In this document: piece after piece, positions 51,096-59,715 of the stretch
How positions within the stretch are numbered: the first letter of the stretch is position 1
Layout of the letters: each line of letters opens with the position of its first letter
Assembly: GCA_965208575.1 (NCBI GenBank)
Contig: CBDBOV010000004.1
Span: 832,001-896,000, forward strand
From: Spirochaetia bacterium
GTDB lineage: Bacteria; Spirochaetota; Spirochaetia; SZUA-6; Bin103
Length of the DNA stretch: 64,000 nt
Direction: 5' to 3'
The notes under the pieces: generated by a model
The model's input: only the letters and a program-made list of their open reading frames with translations
Told to the model about the DNA's origin: nothing
Database searches by the model: none
Position numbers and translations under genes: made by a program

Positions 51096-51922
51096 TCGAC
51101 CTCAGACATGCCTTCGGTTTCCAACGCGATCCGTTCCCCCAGGACGTCCCGATCAACGGTCTGTACCCGATCCCGGGCCTGAAAGCGCTCACCGAGCGCT
51201 TTCAGTATGCCCTCGGGCTCGGCCTCATCACCGTCATCACCGGCGAGGTGGGAGCGGGAAAATCCACTTCCCTGCGCCATGTCACGAGCACCCTGCACCC
51301 CGCCGAATACCGTCTCCTGGCGGTCATCGCCACCACCGGCACGCTGCTCGACCTGCTGCGCCAGATCTGCCTGGAGATGGGCACCCCCCCGCGCTCCTCA
51401 CTGGCCGTCCTCAGCCGCACCGTGCGCGACCTGCTGACCGACATCAGGCGCAAGAAGCAGACCCCGTTGCTGGTCGTCGACGAGGCACATCTGCTCCGCT
51501 TCGAGGTGTTCGCACAGCTCCACACTCTCACTCAGTTCGCCTTCGATTCGCAGACCTTGATGCCGATGGTGCTGGCCGGCCAGAGCAGCCTGCTTGACCG
51601 CCTGTTGTTCCATACCTCGCGCCCGCTCGCCTCACGGGTCGTGGGCCGCAGCCACCTCGATGCTCTCTCCCTTGATGACATGCGCGGCTACCTCGACCAC
51701 CATCTGCAGCTCGCCGCCGGGCGGGACACCCAGTCCGCCACAGCGCGGCGCAGCGCCGACCTGCTCAGCGACGAAGCCGCCGTCGCCATCCATCAGGGCT
51801 CCGGCGGGCTCCTGCGGCGCGCCAATCATCTCGCCCGCGGCGCCCTCATGGCGGCCGCTCGCGAGCATTGCTCGGTGGTCGCCGCCGAGCATGTCCGGCT
51901 CGCTGCCACCGAGATTCTGTAG
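51092..51922 (+). CDS. ExeA/TnsC-like AAA+ transposition ATPase
   Basis: FGFQRDPF, TGEVGAGKST, VVDEAHLL and LAGQ motifs; ATGA overlap. Confidence 0.9.
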   Translation: MIDLRHAFGFQRDPFPQDVPINGLYPIPGLKALTERFQYALGLGLITVITGEVGAGKSTSLRHVTSTLHPAEYRLLAVIATTGTLLDLLRQICLEMGTPPRSSLAVLSRTVRDLLTDIRRKKQTPLLVVDEAHLLRFEVFAQLHTLTQFAFDSQTLMPMVLAGQSSLLDRLLFHTSRPLASRVVGRSHLDALSLDDMRGYLDHHLQLAAGRDTQSATARRSADLLSDEAAVAIHQGSGGLLRRANHLARGALMAAAREHCSVVAAEHVRLAATEIL

Positions 51923-51931
51923 GTCGGTTCC

Positions 51932-52246
51932 GTGATCAACGTCGCTATCAGAAAAATCGCCGGCAGCGACCGCGAATACTTCGCCTACGCCAGGACGTTC
52001 GCCGGTCGCGCCACCTACTTCGTGTATTTCCGTGATGACATCTGGGGCGCCATGGTGCTGCACAACTTCACCGACATGCTGCGCGCCGTGTTCCAGAACT
52101 CACCCGTCAAGCTGACTCTCGTCGAACAGGAACTCTCTCTCAAACATCCTGCCGTTCTCGGCTTCCTGAGACAATCTCCTGAGGACCCCTCAGCACCACC
52201 GACAGGAGATCTCGCCCGCGGCCACCGGCAACCCGGTGCAGAATAA
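51932..52246 (+). CDS. Hypothetical small protein of the transposon
   Basis: 104-aa ORF directly after the ATPase and inside the right end. Confidence 0.55.
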   Translation: MINVAIRKIAGSDREYFAYARTFAGRATYFVYFRDDIWGAMVLHNFTDMLRAVFQNSPVKLTLVEQELSLKHPAVLGFLRQSPEDPSAPPTGDLARGHRQPGAE

Positions 52247-52300
52247 TATGGTGTCCAGATTACCGTGCGAAAAAACAGCAGAATTACGTGAGACCCAACA

Positions 52301-52850
52301 GGAAGTAACTGGAAGTCAGGTCGTACAACATGAGCGTGTTGTCATGCAGATGGCGCTTGGCCAAGCGCTGCTCGATGCCGTGCTGGCGAGCGAGCAGCCA
52401 ATCCATGGCGGCATACAGCTCATTCTCGTCGACGGCTCCCAACTGCAGCAGGTGGCCGAGGGAGGAGACGGCGCTTTCGGGGTTCAGGCCGCGAGCGGTG
52501 GCGAGTTTGGAGCGAGCGTCGACGACGCGAGCGACGATCATGGCGACGACCAGGTCGCGTTCACGGGAGGCGGGACGAGCGACGAGGGAATGGAGGGAGA
52601 GCTTGCGGAGGGAACCGAGGACGGCGGCGACGTGGCCGTGGGGATAGCTGCGCAAGATGGAGAGCAGTTCGTTGGGAGAGCGCAGAGCGATACCGCCGTT
52701 GAGGAGGACGCGCAAACCCTCGACGAGGTGATCGGGCCACTTGGAGAGGTTGGCGATGGTGCGTTTTTTGACCTTGCCGTGCTGGCGGAAGGACTCGCGG
52801 AGGAGGACGGCCGGGGGAGAGTTGCGGTTGGGGACGGTGTCGATGTACAT
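52301..52850 (-). pseudogene. IS1634 transposase, N-terminal part
   Basis: MYIDTVPNRNSPPAVLLRES...RTIANLS...LYDLTSSYF up to the insertion point. Confidence 0.9.
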
Positions 52851-53052
52851 GGGCACCCTACGGAGGGAATGGTAGATCATTTAATAATTACATGTCAACC
52901 AGATGAGAGAAAATTAACGCTGAACCACAGGACTATTTACATGGACACGATTTACACCCATGAACACGCTAATTCCTGTAATAGGAAACAGTTACAAGAA
53001 CGGCCTCTCAAACCTCGGTCTAAACAAGCCATATGATCTACTTGCAAAGTGA

Positions 53053-53454
53053 ATGAGCGAGGCTGGAAGCAGCCGGAAAGCACCACCATCCGGCATAGAC
53101 GAAGATACCAGGCATTAACTGGCCACGCTTGCAAGAAGGAGTCGGGCGCGCATTACCGAGTTTCGTCGGGACCGGCCGACGGAATGGCGCCCACAGGAGG
53201 TACGCAACCCCGACGGCCTACTCGCACCGTACTTCACCGATGCCGATGCTTGGGAGTTGATCGCGTCACGGCTGGAGCGCGGCCACCAGGTTGAGGTCGT
53301 CGAGTTGCGCAAACCACCAGGCCGTACCGGGTACGTCATGATGATCAATCTTGGCACGGACGAGATCTATGTGAAGCTGCAGTTGGGAGCCGGATAAATC
53401 ATCGGACGTAGCTTCCACTATTCCAAGCATGATCGAAAGGAACCTAACAAGTGA
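53053..53454 (+). pseudogene. MqsR/RelE-like toxin gene with two in-frame TAA stops
   Basis: Single frame from ATG 53053 to TGA 53452-53454, with TAA at 53116 and 53395. C-terminal IYVKLQL...SFH motif typical of MqsR-like toxins. GTGA overlap with the antitoxin. Confidence 0.7.
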
Positions 53455-54017
53455 ATCCAACCGATGCCGTACGAGCGACAGACGACAGTTCATTCGGAGA
53501 CCTGACTTGCCCCATCTGTGGCGAAGCTGGCGTGGTCACTTACGATCATCACGACACATTCGAGTACGGATCGGGTGAGGCTGCGGTCACGTTGCAGGTC
53601 GAACTCCCCATTCGCCGCTGCGAAGCATGCGACTTCGAGTTCCTTGATCAAGAAGGAGAACGACTAAAGCACGAGGCCGTGTGCCGACACCTTGGTGTCC
53701 TTACTTCGACTGAGATACGCCAGATTCGCAAACGATACGGGATGACGCGATCCTCATTTGCTGAGTTTACTGGGCTTGGAGAGGCTACTCTGAACCGTTG
53801 GGAAAACGGCGTGGTTATTCAGAATCGAGCCAACGACCGCTATCTGCGGCTTCTTGGTATAGAAGATATATTCCATAGGCTAACAGACTTGCATGCGCGT
53901 ACCAATGCGCCGCTGGAGAAACCAGATTCCACCCAGCGATCTCACTTTCGCGTCCTTAGGGTGTCACCAGACCATCGACGACGTCAGGCTCATTTCCAAC
54001 TCCGAAAGGCAAGTTGA
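53451..54017 (+). CDS. MqsA-family antitoxin (Zn finger + HTH) with C-terminal tail
   Basis: CPICG...CEAC; LTSTEIRQIRKRYGMTRSSFAEFTGLGEATLNRWENG. Confidence 0.85.
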   Translation: MNPTDAVRATDDSSFGDLTCPICGEAGVVTYDHHDTFEYGSGEAAVTLQVELPIRRCEACDFEFLDQEGERLKHEAVCRHLGVLTSTEIRQIRKRYGMTRSSFAEFTGLGEATLNRWENGVVIQNRANDRYLRLLGIEDIFHRLTDLHARTNAPLEKPDSTQRSHFRVLRVSPDHRRRQAHFQLRKAS

Positions 54018-55867
54018 GTACTATGTATGTCGCAACGTTTTATTCGTTCAAGGGTGGCGTCGGAAGAACTATGGCCCTTGTCAACGTGGCCGTGGAACTG
54101 ACCCGTAAGGGGCGCCGAGTACTTGCCGTAGACTTTGATCTTGAGGCACCGGGACTTGATACTTTCGACCTGGCTCGCCCTAGTGGGGAGTCTCCAGGTG
54201 TAATAGATTTTGTAAGCACCTATGCTAGCACTGGGGCGTCACCAGACGTAGCGCAGTTCATGTTCGAGTGCTCCAACCTAACAAGTGGTGATGGTTCCTT
54301 GTGGATAATGCCAGCGGGTGCACATCGCGACAGCTACGCGACAACGTTCGCAGAGATCGATTGGGCTGATTTATATGAGAATCATGACGGCTACTTGCTG
54401 TTCGAGGATCTAAAGGAACAGTGGAGGGAATTGATCAATCCTGACTACGTCCTGATTGATTCGCGTACCGGCCATACCGACATCGGCGGCATCTGCACTC
54501 GTCAACTTCCGGACGCGGTAGTGGTGCTGTTTTTTCCGAATGCTCAGAATCTTCGGGGATTGACCAAGGTAGTCCACGACATCCGAGCGGAGGAATCCGA
54601 TCCTGCTGAAAGAGCGATCGATCTCCACTTCGTTATGTCCAACGTTCCAGACCTTGACGATGAAGACAAAATCCTCGAAGAGAGCATTGCTTCATTCCAA
54701 ACGAAGCTCGGGTTTCGTGTGGAACCGTTGCTGATCCATCGTTACGATAGCCTATCGCTGCTCAATCAGGTGATCTTTACCAAGGATCGGCCGCGGAGCC
54801 GGCTTGCTCGAGAATATGCCACCCTCGCGATAGAGATTATGCGCCTAAATCCGTTGGACCGGGACGGCGCCCTGATGTATATCGACGGCCTGTCTCGGAA
54901 CAATCGGACCGGTCAAGGTTCCACGAGCCACCGGACAAGCGTCGACGATCACCTGCGAAGAATCGAGACGAACCACTCTTGCGACGGCGAGGTCCTGTAT
55001 CGTGCCGGATCTCTGCGTGCGGAAGACGGCCGATTCGATGATGCGGTCGCGCTATTTGGTTCCGCTATAGATGCAGGTTACCGTGCGCCGGACGTGTTTC
55101 TCAGGAGAGCCGACATTAGACGGTTCGAAAATGATCGCGACGGGGCGAGTATCGATGCTGCTCAAGCTCTTCAATTGTCAGATGCGACAGCTGTACAGGT
55201 GCGACGTGCTCTTGCAATGATCCCGCCGGGGGAACTTGTCGATGTCGCGAACTCACCAGCCATTACTTCATTGTCCCCTGAAGATCGGGTACGAGTCGCT
55301 TCCGACTACAATCGGTCCACGTTCACTGCTGAGACCACGCACAACATACTCCGCCCTCTGCTGAGTGACCCCAGTCTATCATCGGACTTGCGAACTCGAG
55401 TGAGGAATGAATTTATACTTGCGTCAATATCCGTAGGTAGATTCTCCGAGGCAATCACGATCTCTCGTGAAGAAGAGTCGAGTCTAGAAAAAATGGACAT
55501 CCAGTTCTCGTTCAACTATGGGATGGCATTGTGGGGCAAGACGGGACACATAACACAAGATCCATTCGCACGGGTTGTGGATCTTGACCGGCGGCACCCC
55601 AGAGAAGATCCGGGGCCCAACTTCCTGCAGTGCATGTCGATTTCACATTGGGCAGTTGGTGAAGTAAACAGAGCACGTGACGTGCTGGAAAAAGCACGTC
55701 AAATGATCACTCGACGCCCTCGAGAATTTAGTTGCTGGAGATATTCTCACGTCTTGCGACGCGAATTTGATCAGGACATTCAGGAGATCCGTCTGATGAT
55801 CGATGGTGACGATACAGTACTCCCTCGATATATGCGAAGTGAGGGGCATCGTTCACTAATGTACTGA
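54014..55867 (+). CDS. ParA/MinD-like (KGGVGR variant) ATPase with TPR-like C-terminus
   Basis: TFYSFKGGVGRT, DFDLEAPGL and YVLIDSRTG motifs; helical TPR-like repeats downstream. Overlaps the mqsA stop (alternative ATG 54023). Lower GC than flanks. Confidence 0.8.
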   Translation: MSTMYVATFYSFKGGVGRTMALVNVAVELTRKGRRVLAVDFDLEAPGLDTFDLARPSGESPGVIDFVSTYASTGASPDVAQFMFECSNLTSGDGSLWIMPAGAHRDSYATTFAEIDWADLYENHDGYLLFEDLKEQWRELINPDYVLIDSRTGHTDIGGICTRQLPDAVVVLFFPNAQNLRGLTKVVHDIRAEESDPAERAIDLHFVMSNVPDLDDEDKILEESIASFQTKLGFRVEPLLIHRYDSLSLLNQVIFTKDRPRSRLAREYATLAIEIMRLNPLDRDGALMYIDGLSRNNRTGQGSTSHRTSVDDHLRRIETNHSCDGEVLYRAGSLRAEDGRFDDAVALFGSAIDAGYRAPDVFLRRADIRRFENDRDGASIDAAQALQLSDATAVQVRRALAMIPPGELVDVANSPAITSLSPEDRVRVASDYNRSTFTAETTHNILRPLLSDPSLSSDLRTRVRNEFILASISVGRFSEAITISREEESSLEKMDIQFSFNYGMALWGKTGHITQDPFARVVDLDRRHPREDPGPNFLQCMSISHWAVGEVNRARDVLEKARQMITRRPREFSCWRYSHVLRREFDQDIQEIRLMIDGDDTVLPRYMRSEGHRSLMY

Positions 55868-55925
55868 AACCTCCCCTTACCTCTACGGAACTGAGACAAT
55901 GAGCCGTGAGGCCAACGGGCGGCGC

Positions 55926-56909
55926 TCATCCTTCTCTTGCACTCGTGCTGTCCAGCTCCATTTTCGTGCGGTAGGCGGGGACTTCGATCATCGGGGGGCG
56001 CTCGACGATGCGGATTTCGTGGGCCAGTTCCTCGTGGCGGCCCTGGTCGACCATGAACTGATTCAGGGTGGTGTTCAGGGCGGGCAGGTCGCCGATGATC
56101 TCCAGCGAGTCGATCCGCTGCAGGAAGGTCTGCAGGATGCCGAACGCCATCCGGCCGAGCGCGTCGGTGGACTGGTTGGTGTGGATGCGCCGGTCCAGGT
56201 CGGTCTGCGCGAAGGCGCCCATGCCCCAGCGGTGGTACACGTCGATGAGGTGCGAGGTCTCCACGCCGTAGCCGACCGGAAACGGGATCTGCTCCAGCAC
56301 CTCGCGGCGCACGGCGTACTCCCCCGACAGCGGCTGGATCAGCGCCGACAACTCGGGGAAGAACAGCGAGAACAGGGGGCGGATCAGGATCTCGGTAACG
56401 CGACCCCCGCCGGACGGACGCAGCCGTCCCGATTCGGCCAGCGGGCGGTCGTAGAACGCCTTGACGTAGGACACCTCCGGCATGCTCAGCAGCGGCCCCA
56501 CCAGGCCGTACACGAAGCGCGGGTGGATGTTGCGGATGTCGGCGTCGACGTACACGATGATGTCGCCGGACAACTGGAATATCGCCTTCCACAGGTTCTC
56601 GCCCTTGCCGCGGTGATGGCCGCACTCCGGCAGGATTTCCGCCGCCGGGTACACGTCCGCGCCGAACGCGCGCGCCACCTCGCGGGTGGCGTCGTCGGAG
56701 CCGGAATCGATCACCGCGATCTCGTCGAGCAGCCGGTGCCGGTCCATCAACTCCGACTTCAGCACCACGATCTCCTTGCCGATGGTGCGCTCCTCGTTGA
56801 GGGTGGGTATGCACAGCGAGATCGACACGCCCGCTTCCCGCTTGCGCCGCTCCAGTTCGGCGACGTCGAACTGGCCGTGATGGAAGGTGTTGCTCGCCAG
56901 CCAGCTCAT
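55926..56909 (-). CDS. gpgS: Glucosyl-3-phosphoglycerate synthase
   Basis: PTLNEE, IDSGS, GKGENLWK, YVDADI, GGRVTE, QPLSGEYA, YGVE and final ERPP motifs. Confidence 0.9.
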   Translation of the reverse strand: MSWLASNTFHHGQFDVAELERRKREAGVSISLCIPTLNEERTIGKEIVVLKSELMDRHRLLDEIAVIDSGSDDATREVARAFGADVYPAAEILPECGHHRGKGENLWKAIFQLSGDIIVYVDADIRNIHPRFVYGLVGPLLSMPEVSYVKAFYDRPLAESGRLRPSGGGRVTEILIRPLFSLFFPELSALIQPLSGEYAVRREVLEQIPFPVGYGVETSHLIDVYHRWGMGAFAQTDLDRRIHTNQSTDALGRMAFGILQTFLQRIDSLEIIGDLPALNTTLNQFMVDQGRHEELAHEIRIVERPPMIEVPAYRTKMELDSTSAREG

Positions 56910-58090
56910 TCGCAGTAGCCGCCGTCCATGGCCAGCACGATGCCCAGGAGCTGCGCCAGCCCGGTGTAGATCGGCGCGATGCGAACCGCCTCGTTGCGCT
57001 GGCCCATCGACTCGCCGGAAGTAAGCCCCACCGTGACCGCCGGCACGCCCTGGTCGATGAACGCGGACAGCTCGGAGGTGCTCGGCGACAGGCGCGGCGT
57101 GAGCGACAGGCTCTGCATCACGCGCCTCGTGCGGCGCACCAGCGGATGGGTGAACGCGATGCCGCCCGGGCGCCGGCGGGCGAAGATGTTCAAACCGATG
57201 TCGGCGCCGGCCTGCGACGAAACCTCTTCGATGATCTCCGAGATCTCCTGCAGCAGCCGGCGCACGGTGGCGCCCGACTCGCTACGTACCTCGAACTGCA
57301 GCGCGGCGCGGGTGGCGATCGTGCTCGCCGAGGTGCCGCCGTCGATGCGCCCGAGTACGATGGCGGTGCGCGGCCGGTCGGGCGTGGGTATCTCCAGCAT
57401 CCGGGTGATGATGTCGTTGAGCGTGGAGATGGCGCCGCCGGCCCCGAACCGGCTCCAGTCGTATTCCTCCGGCACCTCGCAGGTTATCTCGCCGCGAATC
57501 ATCCCGATCGAGGTGTAGCTGAGCCGCCCGAGCTGCACGCCCTCCACGCACAGGCCGAACTGCAGCGGCAGCTTGGCGTGGTCCAGGAAGAAGCGCACCC
57601 CCTCCAGGTTGCCGCGCCCCAGGCCGCGGCTGCACGCCAGCCCGAGCACGGTGGAGCGCAGAGTCAAACCGAGCCGCTCCAGCACCGCGGGCAGGGCGGC
57701 CACCACGGCGAGACCGAGGGAATTCTCCGCCACCGATGGCCCGATAACCCGCTCCGGCTGCACCATCACCGTGTGATCGACGGTGGCCGCCACCGGCGTG
57801 TCGGTGTGCGCGACCAGCAGGATGTTGCGGTCGGCCGTGCCGTTCTCGCTGCCGCGCAGCACGCCGGCCACGTTGCCCACCTCATCGGTCGAGCAGTCGG
57901 AGTAACCCAGCTCCGCGAACCGCTCCTGCACAAACGCGGCGCGCGCCGCCTCGTCGAAGGTGGGCGCCGGGATTTCGGCGATCATCGCCAGGTTGGCGAG
58001 CAGCACGTCCTGCAGCCCGCGCAGCGCCTCCGGCAGCTCGCCGACCCGCTGCACGATGCTCTCGAACCCTGTGACCGTCCTCTCGTTCAC
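56906..58090 (-). CDS. M20/M25/M40 peptidase-like protein with degenerate metal site
   Basis: EIPAPTFDE..RA, DEVGNV, AHTDT and G.IDGGTS..TIA motifs; overlaps the gpgS start. Start uncertain. Confidence 0.75.
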   Translation of the reverse strand: MNERTVTGFESIVQRVGELPEALRGLQDVLLANLAMIAEIPAPTFDEAARAAFVQERFAELGYSDCSTDEVGNVAGVLRGSENGTADRNILLVAHTDTPVAATVDHTVMVQPERVIGPSVAENSLGLAVVAALPAVLERLGLTLRSTVLGLACSRGLGRGNLEGVRFFLDHAKLPLQFGLCVEGVQLGRLSYTSIGMIRGEITCEVPEEYDWSRFGAGGAISTLNDIITRMLEIPTPDRPRTAIVLGRIDGGTSASTIATRAALQFEVRSESGATVRRLLQEISEIIEEVSSQAGADIGLNIFARRRPGGIAFTHPLVRRTRRVMQSLSLTPRLSPSTSELSAFIDQGVPAVTVGLTSGESMGQRNEAVRIAPIYTGLAQLLGIVLAMDGGYCE

Positions 58091-58181
58091 GCTGCCCGCA
58101 ATGGTACCCGGTGTCCCGCCTCGTGACCACACGGCGTCATCGACTTCTTGATCTGCCCTTCAGCAGGCGTTCGGCTTCAGG

Positions 58182-58345
58182 TCAGCGCTCATGCAACTCG
58201 TCACGGGTCCACTTCGCCAACCCGCGCCGCGACGTGGCGGCCTCGGACAGCGCCAAAGATCCGCAACCGCGGCGCGGCGGCGCTTCCCCATCCCTGCGTA
58301 CGCCTTGAGGAACTGGCGGAGGACGGCGTTCACGGAGTTGTCTTC
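58182..58345 (-). pseudogene. Frameshifted remnant of small RHH/CopG-type antitoxin
   Basis: SVNAVLRQFLKAYAG...AVADL, a frameshift, then LALSEAATSRRGLAKWTRDELHER*. Overlapping ATGAGCGCTGAC resembles the start of a lost PIN gene. Confidence 0.5.
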
Positions 58346-58385
58346 CTTGCGACCTTGTGGCCGAGAACCGGGCGAAGAAGCCAAG

Positions 58386-58865
58386 TCAGCCGCGACCGAC
58401 CCAGCCGACTCCGTCGCCGGTGTCCTGGCGGATGCGTTCGCTGAGCTGGCCGGTGTGGTGCTGGAGGTGGCGGAGGTTGTAGGCCAGCCGCTCCACCGGG
58501 CCGAACGGCAGCCAGGAGAAGCCCGACTCGGCGGCCAGGTCCAGTGCGGCGATGCGGTTCCGCGCGTGCTCGCGGCAGAATGCCAGGAACTCCAGGATGC
58601 TCGCGCGCGAATAGGGCTGCACTCCGGGCCGGAGATTCTGCGCTTCGTCGCGGTGGCCGCTCCACGGGACGTGCTCGTCCACGGTCCGGAACAGGTACAG
58701 GTTCACGTAGAACAGCGTGTGGTAGGCGATATGCCAGAACCGGTTGACGTGGGCATCGCTGTCCCAGGCGTCGTCCGGGCACGCCCGCACCGCCGCCTCC
58801 AGCATGTCAAGGCCTGCTTGATACTGCGAATCGAACGCCGAACGAATGGAATCTTCTGCTGACAC
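58386..58865 (-). CDS. DinB-family protein
   Basis: CPDDAW, FWHIAYHTLFY and YNLRHLQHHTGQL motifs; start uncertain. Confidence 0.85.
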   Translation of the reverse strand: MSAEDSIRSAFDSQYQAGLDMLEAAVRACPDDAWDSDAHVNRFWHIAYHTLFYVNLYLFRTVDEHVPWSGHRDEAQNLRPGVQPYSRASILEFLAFCREHARNRIAALDLAAESGFSWLPFGPVERLAYNLRHLQHHTGQLSERIRQDTGDGVGWVGRG

Positions 58866-58955
58866 GCCGCCAATGCTATGTCCTGATCCGCGGATCATCA
58901 AGCCGGTTCAAGGGAGAGCTTGTACTTCGCAAACGCGTAAATTACAGTTATGCGT

Positions 58956-59237
58956 ATGAAAGTAACGGTGTCCACCACTTGGGCCGCACGCAACCTTGGC
59001 GACTGCCTGGCCCGGATCAAGCACACCGGCGATGAGTTCGTGCTGGTCAAGAACGGCAAACCGGTCGCCGAACTCGTGCCGGTCGCAGGTTCGCGCAGGG
59101 CAACCTTGCGCCAAGTCTGGGATGCCCTCGCGAGCATCCGCCCCGACGCCAGCTTCGCAGACGATCTGAGCACGGTCAACGAAGCTGATCGCATCCTGGA
59201 CAACCCGTGGGATTCGTCCTCGACACCTCGGCACTGA
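58956..59237 (+). CDS. Phd/YefM-family antitoxin
   Basis: [14 protein letters not shown]...[15 protein letters not shown]. Confidence 0.85.
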   Translation: MKVTVSTTWAARNLGDCLARIKHTGDEFVLVKNGKPVAELVPVAGSRRATLRQVWDALASIRPDASFADDLSTVNEADRILDNPWDSSSTPRH

Positions 59238-59665
59238 TCCAACTGGAGCGTGCACTCCAAGCGGGGGACTCGGAACGCATGGAGTGGGACGACGAACTGG
59301 TGTTGCCGGCGGTGGTGTGGGCGGAGGCCTTGATCGGCGTTCGAATGGCGGACTCCGCGGCTCGCGCTGCGCGCCGCAGAGCTCACCTGGAGACGATACG
59401 CGCGCACACCGGGATAGAACCGTTCAGCGCGACGGTGGCCGAACACTACGCGGACATCTACGCGGAACTGTCGGCCCGGGGAGCGCTGATCCCGCAGAAC
59501 GACATGGCGGTCGCGGCCACTGCGCGGGAGTTGGGTTTCGGAGTGCTGGTGGGTCCGGCAGACGAGGCCCACTTCAGGCGCGTACCAGGCATGGCGGTCA
59601 AGGTCATCCCGGCGCACGCTCGCAAGCCGGATCAAGGCACGGACCACGGTACGACACGCGCGTGA
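59207..59665 (+). CDS. vapC: PIN-domain (VapC) toxin
   Basis: [23 protein letters not shown] and HFRRVPG motifs. Confidence 0.88.
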   Translation: MGFVLDTSALIQLERALQAGDSERMEWDDELVLPAVVWAEALIGVRMADSAARAARRRAHLETIRAHTGIEPFSATVAEHYADIYAELSARGALIPQNDMAVAATARELGFGVLVGPADEAHFRRVPGMAVKVIPAHARKPDQGTDHGTTRA

Positions 59666-59715
59666 CTGGGCGGACCCGACAGGCGGGCGAACCTCGAAGC
59701 AGTGCAAGGGACGGC

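Larger units (their letters stand above)
48730..52300 (+). mobile_element. 3571-bp TG...CA transposon (zinc-finger ORF + DDE integrase + ExeA-like ATPase + small ORF)
   Basis: Starts TGT and ends ACA. 5-bp TSD GGAAG (48725-48729, 52301-52305). Ends match at 15/22 positions. Removal restores the IS1634 frame SYF-HG. Confidence 0.9.
47461..53023 (-). mobile_element. IS1634-family element (interrupted by nested transposon)
   Basis: Imperfect terminal inverted repeats TAAACCGAAGTT / TAGACCGAGGTT. TCTAAAC occurs at both junctions (47460-47466, 53019-53025). Exact ends uncertain by a few bp. Confidence 0.75.

Noticed and set aside
53116-53397. Stop-codon recoding (alternative genetic code) in the toxin gene
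   Set aside because: TAA terminates other genes in the window (for example sucC and korB); pseudogenisation is simpler.
47249-55950. 8-bp inverted match CAGCACGA/TCGTGCTG near the edges of the low-GC island
   Set aside because: Too short, no target duplication and no associated recombinase; may be chance.
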